NCBI GenBank assembly: GCA_947626805.1
Contig: CANQTR010000004.1
Span: 1 to 51,823 of the forward strand
Length of the DNA: 51,823 bases
Reading direction: 5' to 3'
From: an uncultured Clostridia bacterium
Lineage (GTDB): Bacteria; Bacillota; Clostridia; Oscillospirales; CAG-382
The number at the start of each line of letters is the position of its first letter. Position 1 is the first letter of the stretch. The translations under genes and the position numbers were made by a program. Shown piece after piece: positions 37,822 to 47,582 of this stretch. The notes under the pieces were generated by a model. That model did no database searches, was not told the origin of the DNA, and worked only from the letters and a program-made list of their open reading frames with translations.

Positions 37822-38883
37822 GTGTTCACCTTCGGAACCAAACTCAAACTGCAAATTTTCGGGCAGTCGCACTCGCCGTGCATGGGCGCGGTGCTGGACG
37901 GACTGCCGTCCGGGATACGCGTGGACGAGGAAAAATTGGCGGCGTTCATGGAGCGCCGCGCCCCCGGTCGCGATGAATTTTCGACCCAGCGGCGGGAAAC
38001 CGACCGGGTCGAATTCGTTTCCGGCGTGCTGGACGGCAAAACGACGGGCGCGCCGGTCTGCCTGCTGCTGCACAACGAGGACACGCGTTCCGGCGACTAC
38101 GACCGCTTGCGGTTCGTCCCCCGCCCGTCGCACGCGGACTACCCGGCGTTCGTCCGGTTCGGCGAATCCCGCGACCACCGCGGCGGCGGCGAATTTTCCG
38201 GCCGGCTGACCGCGCCGCTGTGCGCGGCGGGGTTCCTGTGCATGGAGCTCTTGCGGGAGAGGGGCGTGGAGATCGGCGCGCACATTTCGTCCGTCGGCGT
38301 GTGTGAGGACGACCGGTTCGACCCGCTCGCCCCGGCGCTGCACGCGGCGAAAGCCAAGGCGTTTCCGGTCCTGAACGACGACAAAGGCATGCAAATGCAG
38401 ACGCTAATCCGCGAGGCGCGGACGCAAGGGGACTCCGTCGGCGGCACGGTCGAATGTGGCGTGACCGGGTTCCCGGCGGGCGCGGGCGGCACCTCGTTCG
38501 ACAGCCTTGAAGGGCGGCTCTCGCTCGCGCTTTTCGCCATTCCGGCGGTCAAAGGGGTGGAATTCGGCAGCGGTTTTGCCGGTTCCCGCCTTCGCGGCAC
38601 GGAAAACAACGACCCCTACACCGCCGACGGCGGACGCGTCGCCACCCGCACCAACCACGCGGGCGGCGTCCTCGGCGGGCTCGCGACCGGCATGCCCATT
38701 CTGTTCCGCGTCGCCTTCAAGCCCACCGCCTCCATCGCTCGCGAACAGGAAAGCGTTTCCCTGCCCGACCTGCACGCGGTCCGGCTGCAAATCGTCGGTC
38801 GTCACGACCCCTGCATCGTCCCCCGCGCCGTCCCGGTCGTCGAAGCGGCCGCCGCCGTCGCGCTTTTGGACGCAATCCTCTGA
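37822..38883 (+). CDS. aroC: Chorismate synthase
   Basis: FGQSH, PRPSHAD, FSGRLTA, DSVGG, GRHDPCIVPRA; GTG start after GAAAGGA. Confidence 0.95.
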   Translation: MFTFGTKLKLQIFGQSHSPCMGAVLDGLPSGIRVDEEKLAAFMERRAPGRDEFSTQRRETDRVEFVSGVLDGKTTGAPVCLLLHNEDTRSGDYDRLRFVPRPSHADYPAFVRFGESRDHRGGGEFSGRLTAPLCAAGFLCMELLRERGVEIGAHISSVGVCEDDRFDPLAPALHAAKAKAFPVLNDDKGMQMQTLIREARTQGDSVGGTVECGVTGFPAGAGGTSFDSLEGRLSLALFAIPAVKGVEFGSGFAGSRLRGTENNDPYTADGGRVATRTNHAGGVLGGLATGMPILFRVAFKPTASIAREQESVSLPDLHAVRLQIVGRHDPCIVPRAVPVVEAAAAVALLDAIL

Positions 38884-38904
38884 AAAAACCCGAAAGGAAC
38901 CACC

Positions 38905-40047
38905 ATGGAGATTCAAGACTACCGCGACGCGCTGGACGAACTGGACGCGGAACTCGTCCGCCTGTTCTGCAAGCGCATGGAACTTTGCGGCGGCGTCGCC
39001 CAATGGAAACAGGCGCACGGCAAGCCCATCTACGACCGAAGCCGCGAACGGGAAAAGCTGCTGCAGGTCAGCGCCCTCGCGGACGAGCGGTTTTCCGCCT
39101 ACACGCGCTGTCTGTTCCGCTCCCTGCTCGGCTACAGCCGCGCCTACCAGCACGAATTGCTCGACGCCCCGTCCGAACTCGCGGAGCGCATTCACGCCGC
39201 GCGCCTTGCGACGCCCGAACTCTTCCCCACCCGCGCGACGGTCGCCTGTCAGGGCGTGGAGGGCGCGTATTCCTCGCTCGCTTGCGAAAAACTGTTCGCC
39301 GAGCCGGAAATCCGCTTCTGCCCGACCTTCGAGGACGTTTTCGCCGCCGTCGAGCGCGGGGATTGCCGATACGGCGTCCTGCCGATTGAAAACAGCACAG
39401 CCGGTTCCGTCCGGGCGAATTACGACCTGCTCGTCAAGTACCAATGCTACATCGTCCGTTCCACCCGCCTGCTCGTCGGGCACAGCCTGCTCGCCAAACC
39501 CGGCACGTCGCTGTCGGACCTTCGGGTCGTGTACTCCCACGAACAGGCGCTCGAACAGTGCGCGAAGTACCTCGCGTCCCTGCCGAACGTCGAAGTCCGC
39601 CCTTGCGCCAACACGGCGTTAGCAGCCAAGCAGGTCGCCGAAAGCGGCGAACCCGGCGCGGCGGCGCTGTCCTCCCGCCATTGCGCGGAACTGTACGGAC
39701 TTCGCGTGCTCGCCCAAAACGTGCAGGACGCCGGCGCGAACCGGACCCGCTTCCTCTGCATTTCCAAACGACCGGAAATCTACCCCGGCGCCAACCGCAC
39801 GACGCTGCTGCTCGTGCTCAAGCACCGCCCCGGTTCGCTGTTTGCGGTGCTGGAACGCTGCAACGAATTGGGGGTCAACCTCGTCAAGCTGGAGAGCCGC
39901 CCGATTCCCGAGCGCGACTTCGAGGTGCAGTTCTGCTTCGACCTCGACATCGCCGCCGCCTCCCCGACGCTCACCCGGCTCATCCCGGCGCTGGAAGCGG
40001 AGGCGGAGGAGCTGAAATACCTCGGCAGCTACAGCGAAATCGTCTGA
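38905..40047 (+). CDS. pheA: Chorismate mutase / prephenate dehydratase
   Basis: N-terminal CM domain; QGVEGAYS, PIENSTAGSV, SHEQAL, N-TRF, LESRP. Confidence 0.93.
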   Translation: MEIQDYRDALDELDAELVRLFCKRMELCGGVAQWKQAHGKPIYDRSREREKLLQVSALADERFSAYTRCLFRSLLGYSRAYQHELLDAPSELAERIHAARLATPELFPTRATVACQGVEGAYSSLACEKLFAEPEIRFCPTFEDVFAAVERGDCRYGVLPIENSTAGSVRANYDLLVKYQCYIVRSTRLLVGHSLLAKPGTSLSDLRVVYSHEQALEQCAKYLASLPNVEVRPCANTALAAKQVAESGEPGAAALSSRHCAELYGLRVLAQNVQDAGANRTRFLCISKRPEIYPGANRTTLLLVLKHRPGSLFAVLERCNELGVNLVKLESRPIPERDFEVQFCFDLDIAAASPTLTRLIPALEAEAEELKYLGSYSEIV

Positions 40048-40078
40048 CACATATATATTAAGGAAGGAAACTACCGTT

Positions 40079-41353
40079 TTGAAGCCATACGGTCTGCTCG
40101 GAGAGAAGCTCGGGCACAGCTTCTCCCCGCTTATCCACGCCCGGTTCGGGTCCTACCCCTACGAGCTTTTCGAGGTGCCGAAGGACGGGCTGACCGCGTT
40201 CCTGCAGGCGCGCGCGTTCGCCGGTCTCAACGTCACCATTCCGTACAAGAAGGCGGTCCTGCCCTTCTGTGACGACCTTTCCCCGCTCGCGTCGCGCATC
40301 GGCAGCGTCAACACGGTCACGGTCGACGAAAACGGCGGTCTGCACGGCTACAACACCGACTACTTCGGCTTTCGCCGCATGCTTGCGGAGGCAGACCTCC
40401 CGGTCGCGGGCCTGCATTGCGTCGTCATCGGCGCGGGCGGCGCGTCGGCGACCGTTTGCGCGGTGCTCGAGGACCTCGGCGCCGGGCGCGTCACGGTGGT
40501 GTCGCACCGGGAGAACACGCCGGAATACCTTTCCACCCTGTCCGACGCGGGGCTGCTCGTCAACACCTCCCCGGTCGGCATGTACCCGAAAAACGGCGAA
40601 TGCCCGGTCGATTTGTCCGTATTTCCCGCCCTGCGCGGGGTCGCGGACCTGATTTTCAACCCGCTCCGGACCGCTCTGCTGTTACAGGCGGAGGAACGCG
40701 GCATCCCTTGCGCGGGCGGTCTGACCATGCTCGTCGCGCAAGCGAAACAGGCGTCCGAACTGTTTCAGGGGGTCGCCCTGCCGGACGCGTCCGTTTCCTC
40801 GGTCGCGGCGGAGATTCGGCGGCAGTGCGAGAATATCCTGCTCGTCGGAATGCCCGGCAGCGGCAAATCCGTCGTCGGCGGCGTCATCGCGCGGCGCACC
40901 GGCAAGCCTTTCGTGGATACCGACGCCGAAATCGTGCGTCGCGCCGGAAAACCCATTCCGGAAATCTTCGCGCAGGACGGCGAGGACGCGTTCCGGCAGC
41001 TGGAAACCGAAGTCCTCCGGGACGTCACGGCGAAGGGCGGTCAGGTCGTCGCGACCGGCGGCGGGGCAGTGACCCGCCCGGAAAACCTCCCGCTGTTGCG
41101 GCAGAACGGGCGCGTGGTGTTTCTCGAACGTCCCCTTCGCCTGCTTGCCCGCCACGGTCGACCGCTGTCCTCGTCCGAGGACGCCGTGCGGGAACTCTAC
41201 CGGACCCGCCTCCCGCTCTACCGGTCCGTCAGCGACTTGCGCGTCAGCAATACCCGCAGCGTGCACGACACGGTCCGCGCGATTCTCGACGCGCTCGGCT
41301 ATCCCGTCACGATTCGAGCAAAATCGTCCGGTCAGCGCCGAAAAAACCGATAA
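40079..41353 (+). CDS. aroE-aroK: Shikimate dehydrogenase-shikimate kinase fusion
   Basis: HSFSP, NVTIPYK, NTD, GAGGA, then GMPGSGKS, GEDAFR, TGGG, RPL. Confidence 0.92.
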   Translation: MKPYGLLGEKLGHSFSPLIHARFGSYPYELFEVPKDGLTAFLQARAFAGLNVTIPYKKAVLPFCDDLSPLASRIGSVNTVTVDENGGLHGYNTDYFGFRRMLAEADLPVAGLHCVVIGAGGASATVCAVLEDLGAGRVTVVSHRENTPEYLSTLSDAGLLVNTSPVGMYPKNGECPVDLSVFPALRGVADLIFNPLRTALLLQAEERGIPCAGGLTMLVAQAKQASELFQGVALPDASVSSVAAEIRRQCENILLVGMPGSGKSVVGGVIARRTGKPFVDTDAEIVRRAGKPIPEIFAQDGEDAFRQLETEVLRDVTAKGGQVVATGGGAVTRPENLPLLRQNGRVVFLERPLRLLARHGRPLSSSEDAVRELYRTRLPLYRSVSDLRVSNTRSVHDTVRAILDALGYPVTIRAKSSGQRRKNR

Positions 41354-41380
41354 AAAATTTTACATTTTCTCCAAAACCCA

Positions 41381-41409
41381 TTGACAAATTGCCGAACGCG
41401 TGGTATACT
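41381..41409 (+). promoter_or_regulatory. Sigma-A promoter TTGACA-17-TATACT
   Basis: Near-consensus with TG extension. Confidence 0.8.
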
Positions 41410-41448
41410 ATGGGCAGAACACAAAAAAGATAAAAAGGAGACATTATC

Positions 41449-42234
41449 ATGAAAAGATTCCTCGCGCTTCTCTTGGTCGTGGCTCTCACGGCCTGCTTCG
41501 CGGTCGTCGCTTCCGCGGCGGACCCCCAGTACACGGACGTAGTCAACCTGCTGCCGACGGACGCTTCCAAGGTGTCGCAAGTGGACGGCACAACGGAATG
41601 GTCTGTTGACGGCGGCAAACTGACGATCGCTATGGCGGAGGGTTCCAACCCGGCGTGGCCGTCTGTCGAGCTTACCGAAGCTGCCGGCAAAGAGATTGAC
41701 CTTTCCGCAACGCCCTATCTGCATCTGGACTTCACGGTTCCGGAAACGACGGGCGAGGCTGGCATCAACGGTATGATTTATTACACCGAAGAAGGCAGCA
41801 CCGAAGCAAAGACCGCCCAGCTCTCTATGGTTGCGACGGGCAAAGCGGACGATTTCAGAGGCACGACCAGCGCTTACTATGATTTCTCCAAATTTGCCGG
41901 AACGACCGGTAAGATCACCATCACGAAGGTCACGCTGAGCATCTATGTGTGGAAGGTCACCTGGAATACCCTCGCATTCGCAAAGGAAGGCGTTGACGAG
42001 CCGTCTACGTCCGAACCGTCGACCTCTACCCCCTCGACTTCTACCCCGTCGACTTCTACGCCGTCGACCTCTACCCCGTCGACCTCTACCCCCTCGACGT
42101 CTGCCCCGGCGACCTCTTCGCCCGCGGCGTCCTCCAGCGGTCCGTCGACCGGTGACGCCGGCGTTCTGGTGTTCGCGGTGCTGGGCGTTGTCGCCATCGT
42201 CGGTGTCGCTGTCGCGGTCAAGACCAGACACTAA
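41449..42234 (+). CDS. Cell-surface protein: signal peptide, PSTST linker, PSTGD sorting-like motif, TM, basic tail
   Basis: MKRFLALLLV..ASA; 15-bp repeats ~42001-42110; GPSTGD-hydrophobic-KTRH. Confidence 0.88.
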   Translation: MKRFLALLLVVALTACFAVVASAADPQYTDVVNLLPTDASKVSQVDGTTEWSVDGGKLTIAMAEGSNPAWPSVELTEAAGKEIDLSATPYLHLDFTVPETTGEAGINGMIYYTEEGSTEAKTAQLSMVATGKADDFRGTTSAYYDFSKFAGTTGKITITKVTLSIYVWKVTWNTLAFAKEGVDEPSTSEPSTSTPSTSTPSTSTPSTSTPSTSTPSTSAPATSSPAASSSGPSTGDAGVLVFAVLGVVAIVGVAVAVKTRH

Positions 42235-42278
42235 TCCGACCTGACACGGTCGACTCAATTTCCCACGGGTTTCTGAAC

Positions 42279-42325
42279 GCTCCCGCCTGTCCTTGTGGAA
42301 AGGGCGGGCGGGAGCCGACCTTTTT
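42279..42325 (+). terminator. Probable intrinsic terminator
   Basis: GCTCCCGCC..GGCGGGAGC stem followed by a T run. Confidence 0.55.
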
Positions 42326-42373
42326 AAAGAAACGTTCTAAAATAAAGCCATTGCAAAAGGAGACACAAGACCC

Positions 42374-43527
42374 ATGAAAAAAGTACTCGCATTTCTGCTG
42401 GTCGCGGCGCTCGCGCTCAGTTTTGCGGTCGTTGCGTCCGCGGACGAGCAGGCGGCGACCACAGTGACCGCTCCGGACACCGTTGAATTCAACAAAGACG
42501 ACGTCGCGAAACTGACCGACGGCAAGACCGACGAAGCAGTCGTGTTCACGAATACGGCGGACGGCGCCGCGACGGTCGAAATTTCCTTCGACCTCGGCGA
42601 AGTCAAGACCCTCAGCGCGGTGGACTTCACTTGCGCGGACGACGCGAAACCGTCCGCTCTGGACGTTTTCGTTTCGCTTGACGGCAAGGACTACTACTCC
42701 GTAACGGCGGAGGAAGGTTCCTGCACGGTCGCCGCCGACGCGACCGCCGTGACCACCAACTTCTCGGCGCGCATCGCGGTCAACGCCCGCTATGTCAAGG
42801 CGAAGGTCACCTTCACCGGCAAGACCCTTTCCATCTCCGAAATCGCCGCCGCGGTCGCCGCGGAGAACACGACGAACTTCGACCCGAACAACGCTTTCGC
42901 CTACACGGAAGATGGCACCGCGTCCGGCACGTTCCGTACCGCCGTGTTTAAGGATACGGGCGACTACACGCTCAACGGCGGCGACCACCCCAAGGCGTTC
43001 ACCGGTTGCCAAATCACGATTGCGACCTGGGATGATACCGTCAAGGCGTACAAGATTCGTTTCAACGAAAGCAACACCTGGGACCCGGTGGCCAGCGCAA
43101 GCAAACACGCTACCGAAACCGTGACGCTCGCGGAGAACGAAATCCTGCTCGCCATATCTCTACGCAAGGCAACATCAACAAGGACAGCAACGACGACACG
43201 ACCTATGCCGCCGCGAAATGGCTCATGCGCGGCATGAAGGCAGGCGACTGGATTGTCCTGGACGAAAACGCCAAGACCTTCCAGATGTTCCCGGCGTCCC
43301 ACGATTTCACCAAGGCGGATACCCCGTCGACCTCCGAGCCGGCCGAATCCACGCCGGCCGAGTCTACGCCGTCCGAGTCTACGCCCGCCGAATCCACGCC
43401 GGCCGAGTCCACGCCTGCCGCTTCTTCCACCGCGCCCGCGGCCGGTGACAGCGGAATGCTGGTGTTCGCCGTTCTCGGCGTCCTCTCCGTTGCCGGCGTC
43501 GCCGTCGCGCTGAAGGCAAGACGTTAA
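42374..43527 (+). pseudogene. Cell-surface protein (discoidin-like domain, PAEST linker, PAAGD-TM anchor), frameshifted near 43155
   Basis: ORFs 42374..43237 and 43225..43527 join if one base is added at GCCATATCTCT, giving A-I-I-S-T-Q-G-N. Confidence 0.8.
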
Positions 43528-43578
43528 GCGCAAGGCGCTATAAACGGAACTGCACCCGTCGGTAATACGGGTCATGCG

Positions 43579-43609
43579 AAGGGTTGCAACCGAAAATTGC
43601 AACCCTTTT
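43579..43609 (+). terminator. Intrinsic terminator
   Basis: AAGGGTTGCAA/TTGCAACCCTT followed by Ts. Confidence 0.75.
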
Positions 43610-43690
43610 GTTTCGAAAATCGGCGCGTCCCGCGTCGCGAACCGAGGCGGGACGTTCGAAACCGCCCCTACGGGGAGGAAGGCAAAACCG

Positions 43691-44827
43691 ATGAAACTAC
43701 TGCTTTTGAGCTGTCCGACCGGCGAAGGGCATAACAGCGCCCGCCGGGCGCTCGCGGAAGAACTGAAACGGCAGGGTGTCGACTATGTGCTCGCGGACCC
43801 GGTCGGGTTCCAGAGCAAGCGGGCGCGCGAACTGGTCGCGGCGGCGTACAACGGGCTCATCCGCCGGGCGCCGGCGGCGTTCGGAATGGTCTACCGCGTC
43901 GGCGCGGTCTACGAATCGACCGGACTTCCCTCCCCGGTCTACTATGCCAACGCCCACTACGCGCCCAACCTGCACGAATACCTGCTGTCGGAACGGTTCG
44001 ACGGCGTGCTTTCGACCCACCTGTTCGGGCTCGAGGCAATCACGGCGATTCGGCGGCGGACCGGCGCGCACATTCCGAGTTTCGGCGTCCTGACCGACTA
44101 CACCTGTATCCCGTTCTTCGCGGAGGTCGACGCGGACCTCTACTTCGTCCCGCACGAGCAGGTCGCCGAAGAATTGGTCCGCAAAGGCGTGCCGTCCGAC
44201 CGCGTCGTCGCGAGCGGTATCCCGGTTTCCCGCCGGTTCCGCGTCCCGGTCGAGCCGGAAAAGGCGCGCTCGATGCTCGGTCTGCCGCAAGAGCGCAAGA
44301 TTTACCTGTTGCTGACCGGCGGGGTCGGTTGCGGACACGTTTGCGTGCTGTGCGAGGAACTGCTGAAGCGAATCGGCGAGGACGGGTTCCTCTGTGTGCT
44401 GACCGGTCGCAACGACGCCTTGTGCGAGCAGCTGACCGGGCGTTTCGGCGCGTTCCCGTTCCGCGCCGTCCCGTTCACAAGCGACGTGCCGCTGTTCCTA
44501 CGCGCCGCCGACGCGGTCATTTCCAAGCCCGGCGGTCTTTCCGCGACGGAAGCGGCGGTTTCCAACGTCCCGCTCGTGCATTTCGGGGCAATACCGGGGT
44601 GCGAGACCCGCAACGCCGCCTTTTTCGCCGACCACGGAATGTCCCTCTGGGCGAAAAACGTGCCGGACGCGGTGTCCTGCGCCGTCGAACTCGCCCACGA
44701 CCCCGACCGCGCCGAGCAAATCCGGCAAAAACAGCGTGAAACGCTCTCCCCCGTCGCGGCGGAAACCGTCGTGACGCGCATACGCGAACAACTTCGAAAG
44801 GATGGTGCGCCATGCCCGACCGTCTGA
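43691..44827 (+). CDS. MGDG synthase/UgtP-like glycosyltransferase (GT28)
   Basis: TGEGHNSA, STHLF, TDYT, SGIPV, SKPGGLS, IPGCETRNA. Confidence 0.88.
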   Translation: MKLLLLSCPTGEGHNSARRALAEELKRQGVDYVLADPVGFQSKRARELVAAAYNGLIRRAPAAFGMVYRVGAVYESTGLPSPVYYANAHYAPNLHEYLLSERFDGVLSTHLFGLEAITAIRRRTGAHIPSFGVLTDYTCIPFFAEVDADLYFVPHEQVAEELVRKGVPSDRVVASGIPVSRRFRVPVEPEKARSMLGLPQERKIYLLLTGGVGCGHVCVLCEELLKRIGEDGFLCVLTGRNDALCEQLTGRFGAFPFRAVPFTSDVPLFLRAADAVISKPGGLSATEAAVSNVPLVHFGAIPGCETRNAAFFADHGMSLWAKNVPDAVSCAVELAHDPDRAEQIRQKQRETLSPVAAETVVTRIREQLRKDGAPCPTV

Positions 44828-45513
44828 CCCTCTGGTTGCTGCTCCTCGCGGGCGGTTTCCTCAGCGGGAGCGTCCTTTACAGCCGTATCCTGCCGCTGTT
44901 GCTGACCGGCAAGGACGTCAGCGCCGAAAGCGACGACCGCAACCCCGGCGCCGCGAACGCTTTCATGGCTTGCGGTCCTGCCGTCGGCGCGCTCTGCCTG
45001 TTGCTGGACATCGGCAAGGGGCTGTTGCCCGTACTGCTCAGCCGCCGGTTCCTCGACCCCGCCGAGCCGCTTTTCGCGCTGATTCTCCTCGCGCCGGTGC
45101 TCGGTCACGCGGTCGCGCCGTTCAACCGGTTCCGCGGCGGGAAGTGCATCGCGACCTCTTTCGGCGTACTGCTCGGGATTTTGCCGCAATGCCTCGCGGT
45201 CGTCGCGCTCGCAATCCTGTACATCTTTTTTTCGACGGTCATCCGCGTCCGTCCGCACCGCCGCCGGAGTATCCTCGTGTACGCGCTGTTCGCGGCCGTC
45301 ATGACGCCGTTACTGCTGTACGCGGGCAAACTTTCCTACGCGCTCGGTTGCGTCGGGATTGCCGCGACGGTCATTTGGCGGCACCTCCGCGCCCCGTCCG
45401 AAGCCCCCGCGTCACAAGCGGAACAACCGGCGGCAGAAGCGGCGGAGGAAGCGGCAGCAGAAGCGGCGGAAAAAACCGTGGAAGCCCCGTCGGAAGGTAC
45501 CCCTCATAATTGA
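44812..45513 (+). CDS. plsY: Glycerol-3-phosphate acyltransferase PlsY family
   Basis: NPGAAN, DIGKG, LGH, FRGGKCIAT. Confidence 0.8.
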   Translation: MPDRLTLWLLLLAGGFLSGSVLYSRILPLLLTGKDVSAESDDRNPGAANAFMACGPAVGALCLLLDIGKGLLPVLLSRRFLDPAEPLFALILLAPVLGHAVAPFNRFRGGKCIATSFGVLLGILPQCLAVVALAILYIFFSTVIRVRPHRRRSILVYALFAAVMTPLLLYAGKLSYALGCVGIAATVIWRHLRAPSEAPASQAEQPAAEAAEEAAAEAAEKTVEAPSEGTPHN

Positions 45514-45633
45514 GAGGAAAAACATACGGAACTAATGAAAGGAGTGATTTTGATGAGGAAATCAGCATTGTTCTTCTCAATGAAACTAAGGAGGGCGACT
45601 ATACTTTAACCCTCCTAAAACATGGAGGATTTT

Positions 45634-46458
45634 ATGTCTTACAATTGGATTAAAGCAGAAGATTATACAATGGACACCGTCTTGTTATTTGATAGATGGG
45701 TAATCCGTTACGTCATGAACGAAAATCAATGCGGTTGGTATGACAACGGAACGCGCAGCTATACTTCCGATATGGCAAAAGCGCTGAGCCGATATCCATA
45801 TATAATCCCTTTCTGCAAACGAAAAGCGCCGGAATGTGCGAATTTCTTAAACGAAGTTCTCAGCGTAAGCACAAAGAACCTAAGCGAAAAAGAAGCGCGC
45901 AATGCGGAAATTGCGATTCTTTCCGCGCTCGAAACTTTTGTGGTATACACCTATCCCGAAGTCATGGATCAGGTCAATTATATCCGCAATTGGAATCCGC
46001 AATCTCTGTATAAATTGGCAGATTTACGAGGAAAAATCGTTCTGGACGTCGGTTCGGGAACGGGACGTCTTGCGTTTGCAGCGTCAAAACTGGCAAAGCG
46101 GGTATATGCGAGCGAACCTTGCGATATACTGCGCGAATATATGCGGGACAGAATCAAGCGCGAAAACATCGCCAACATAAAAGTTCTTGATGGCGAGGTG
46201 ATGAACCTGCCGTACGAGGACAACACATTTGACATCGTAATGTCCGGTCATGTCGTCGGCGATTCATATGATGAAGAAATCGCCGAAATGACCCGTGTTA
46301 CAAAAAGCGGTGGGTACATTATATGCTGTAACGGCGATGATGAGTTTAAGAGAACATCGGCAAATCAGAATCTTGTATCAAGAGGATTTAAGTTTTTTGT
46401 GCATGAAAGCCGCGAAGGCGGAATCATTTACGATTATCGAAAACGAATCTTCAAGTGA
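45634..46458 (+). CDS. Class I SAM-dependent methyltransferase (lower GC than neighbours)
   Basis: VLDVGSGTG, LPYEDNTFD, RVTKSGG; SD GGAGG. Confidence 0.88.
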   Translation: MSYNWIKAEDYTMDTVLLFDRWVIRYVMNENQCGWYDNGTRSYTSDMAKALSRYPYIIPFCKRKAPECANFLNEVLSVSTKNLSEKEARNAEIAILSALETFVVYTYPEVMDQVNYIRNWNPQSLYKLADLRGKIVLDVGSGTGRLAFAASKLAKRVYASEPCDILREYMRDRIKRENIANIKVLDGEVMNLPYEDNTFDIVMSGHVVGDSYDEEIAEMTRVTKSGGYIICCNGDDEFKRTSANQNLVSRGFKFFVHESREGGIIYDYRKRIFK

Positions 46459-46480
46459 TATATAAATCAGCAAGTAGAAT

Positions 46481-46513
46481 ACTCCTCACCGCCTATATGG
46501 TAGTGAGGAGTTT
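46481..46513 (+). terminator. Probable terminator
   Basis: ACTCCTCAC..GTGAGGAGT hairpin. Confidence 0.55.
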
Positions 46514-46594
46514 CCGTTCGTATCAAAATCATCACGAACACCGACCCGCCATGCAATCAAAAAATTTCCGGCGATTCTATCAAAACACCCCTAC

Positions 46595-46632
46595 AAAAAA
46601 GCAGGATTGACAAGAATCAATCCCGCTTTTTT
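46595..46632. terminator. Bidirectional intrinsic terminator
   Basis: AAAAAAGCAGGATTGA..TCAATCCCGCTTTTTT. Confidence 0.75.
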
Positions 46633-47582
46633 TATTTCACCCGCACGGACACCTCGCCGCTTTGCAGCGCGCGAATCGTCCCGTCGCCGGGGTCGACCAG
46701 CAGTTCCCCGCGCGGACCGACGTCCACGGCGCGGGCGCAAAATTGCTCGTTCCCGCGAAAAACCGTCACGTCCTTCCCCAGCACGAAGCACCGCGCGCGG
46801 TACGCGTCCAGAAACGACCGTTCCCGCAACGCGGTTTCCACGTCCGCGAACCGCCGCAACAGCGCCGACGCGAACAGATTCCGGTCCGCCTGCACGCCGG
46901 TTTCCGTTTCCAAATCCGTCGCGACGGACGCGAGTTCGGGCGGCCATTCCCGCTTGCGAAGGTTGACCCCGATGCCGACGACCGCGTAGGAGAACCCGCC
47001 GCTCTCGAAATCGACCGACCCTTCCGTCAGGATTCCGCAAATTTTTTTCCCGCCGACGTACACGTCGTTGACCCACTTGATTTCCGCCCGCGCGCCGGTC
47101 ATGGATTCGACGGTCTCGGCGACGGCGACGGCGGCGTAGGTCGTCAGCAACGCCGCGTCCTCCCCGCGCAACGACGGGCGCAACACGCAAGACAGGTACA
47201 GCCCCGCCCCCGGCGGCGAAAGGAAATGCCGACCCATGCGCCCCTTGCCGCGCGCCTGCCGGTCGGCGAGGACACAGACCCGCTCCGCCCCCTCCGCCGC
47301 TAACTGCTTGGCGCGGTCGTTGGTCGAACCGACGCAATCGTGTATCTCCAGCGAAAACCCGCCGTTCCCGGCGCGGTCGATGGCCGCCGCGGACAGCCCT
47401 TCGCAAGCGCGCAAACGGTACCCCCGGTTTGTCGCCGCCTCCACGTTGAACCCGTCCCGCCGCAATCGGTCCACCGCTTTCCACACCGCGCTACGCGACA
47501 CGCCGAACCGCTCCGCGAGCGCTTCGCCCGAAAGCGTTTCCCCGCCGCGCAACGCGTCGAGCACCCGTTCCTGCAGGTTCAT
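46632..47582 (-). CDS. birA: Bifunctional biotin ligase/repressor
   Basis: N-terminal HTH SGEALA..VSRSAVWK; STND, GKGRMGR, KWVND, KICGIL. Confidence 0.95.
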   Translation of the reverse strand: MNLQERVLDALRGGETLSGEALAERFGVSRSAVWKAVDRLRRDGFNVEAATNRGYRLRACEGLSAAAIDRAGNGGFSLEIHDCVGSTNDRAKQLAAEGAERVCVLADRQARGKGRMGRHFLSPPGAGLYLSCVLRPSLRGEDAALLTTYAAVAVAETVESMTGARAEIKWVNDVYVGGKKICGILTEGSVDFESGGFSYAVVGIGVNLRKREWPPELASVATDLETETGVQADRNLFASALLRRFADVETALRERSFLDAYRARCFVLGKDVTVFRGNEQFCARAVDVGPRGELLVDPGDGTIRALQSGEVSVRVK

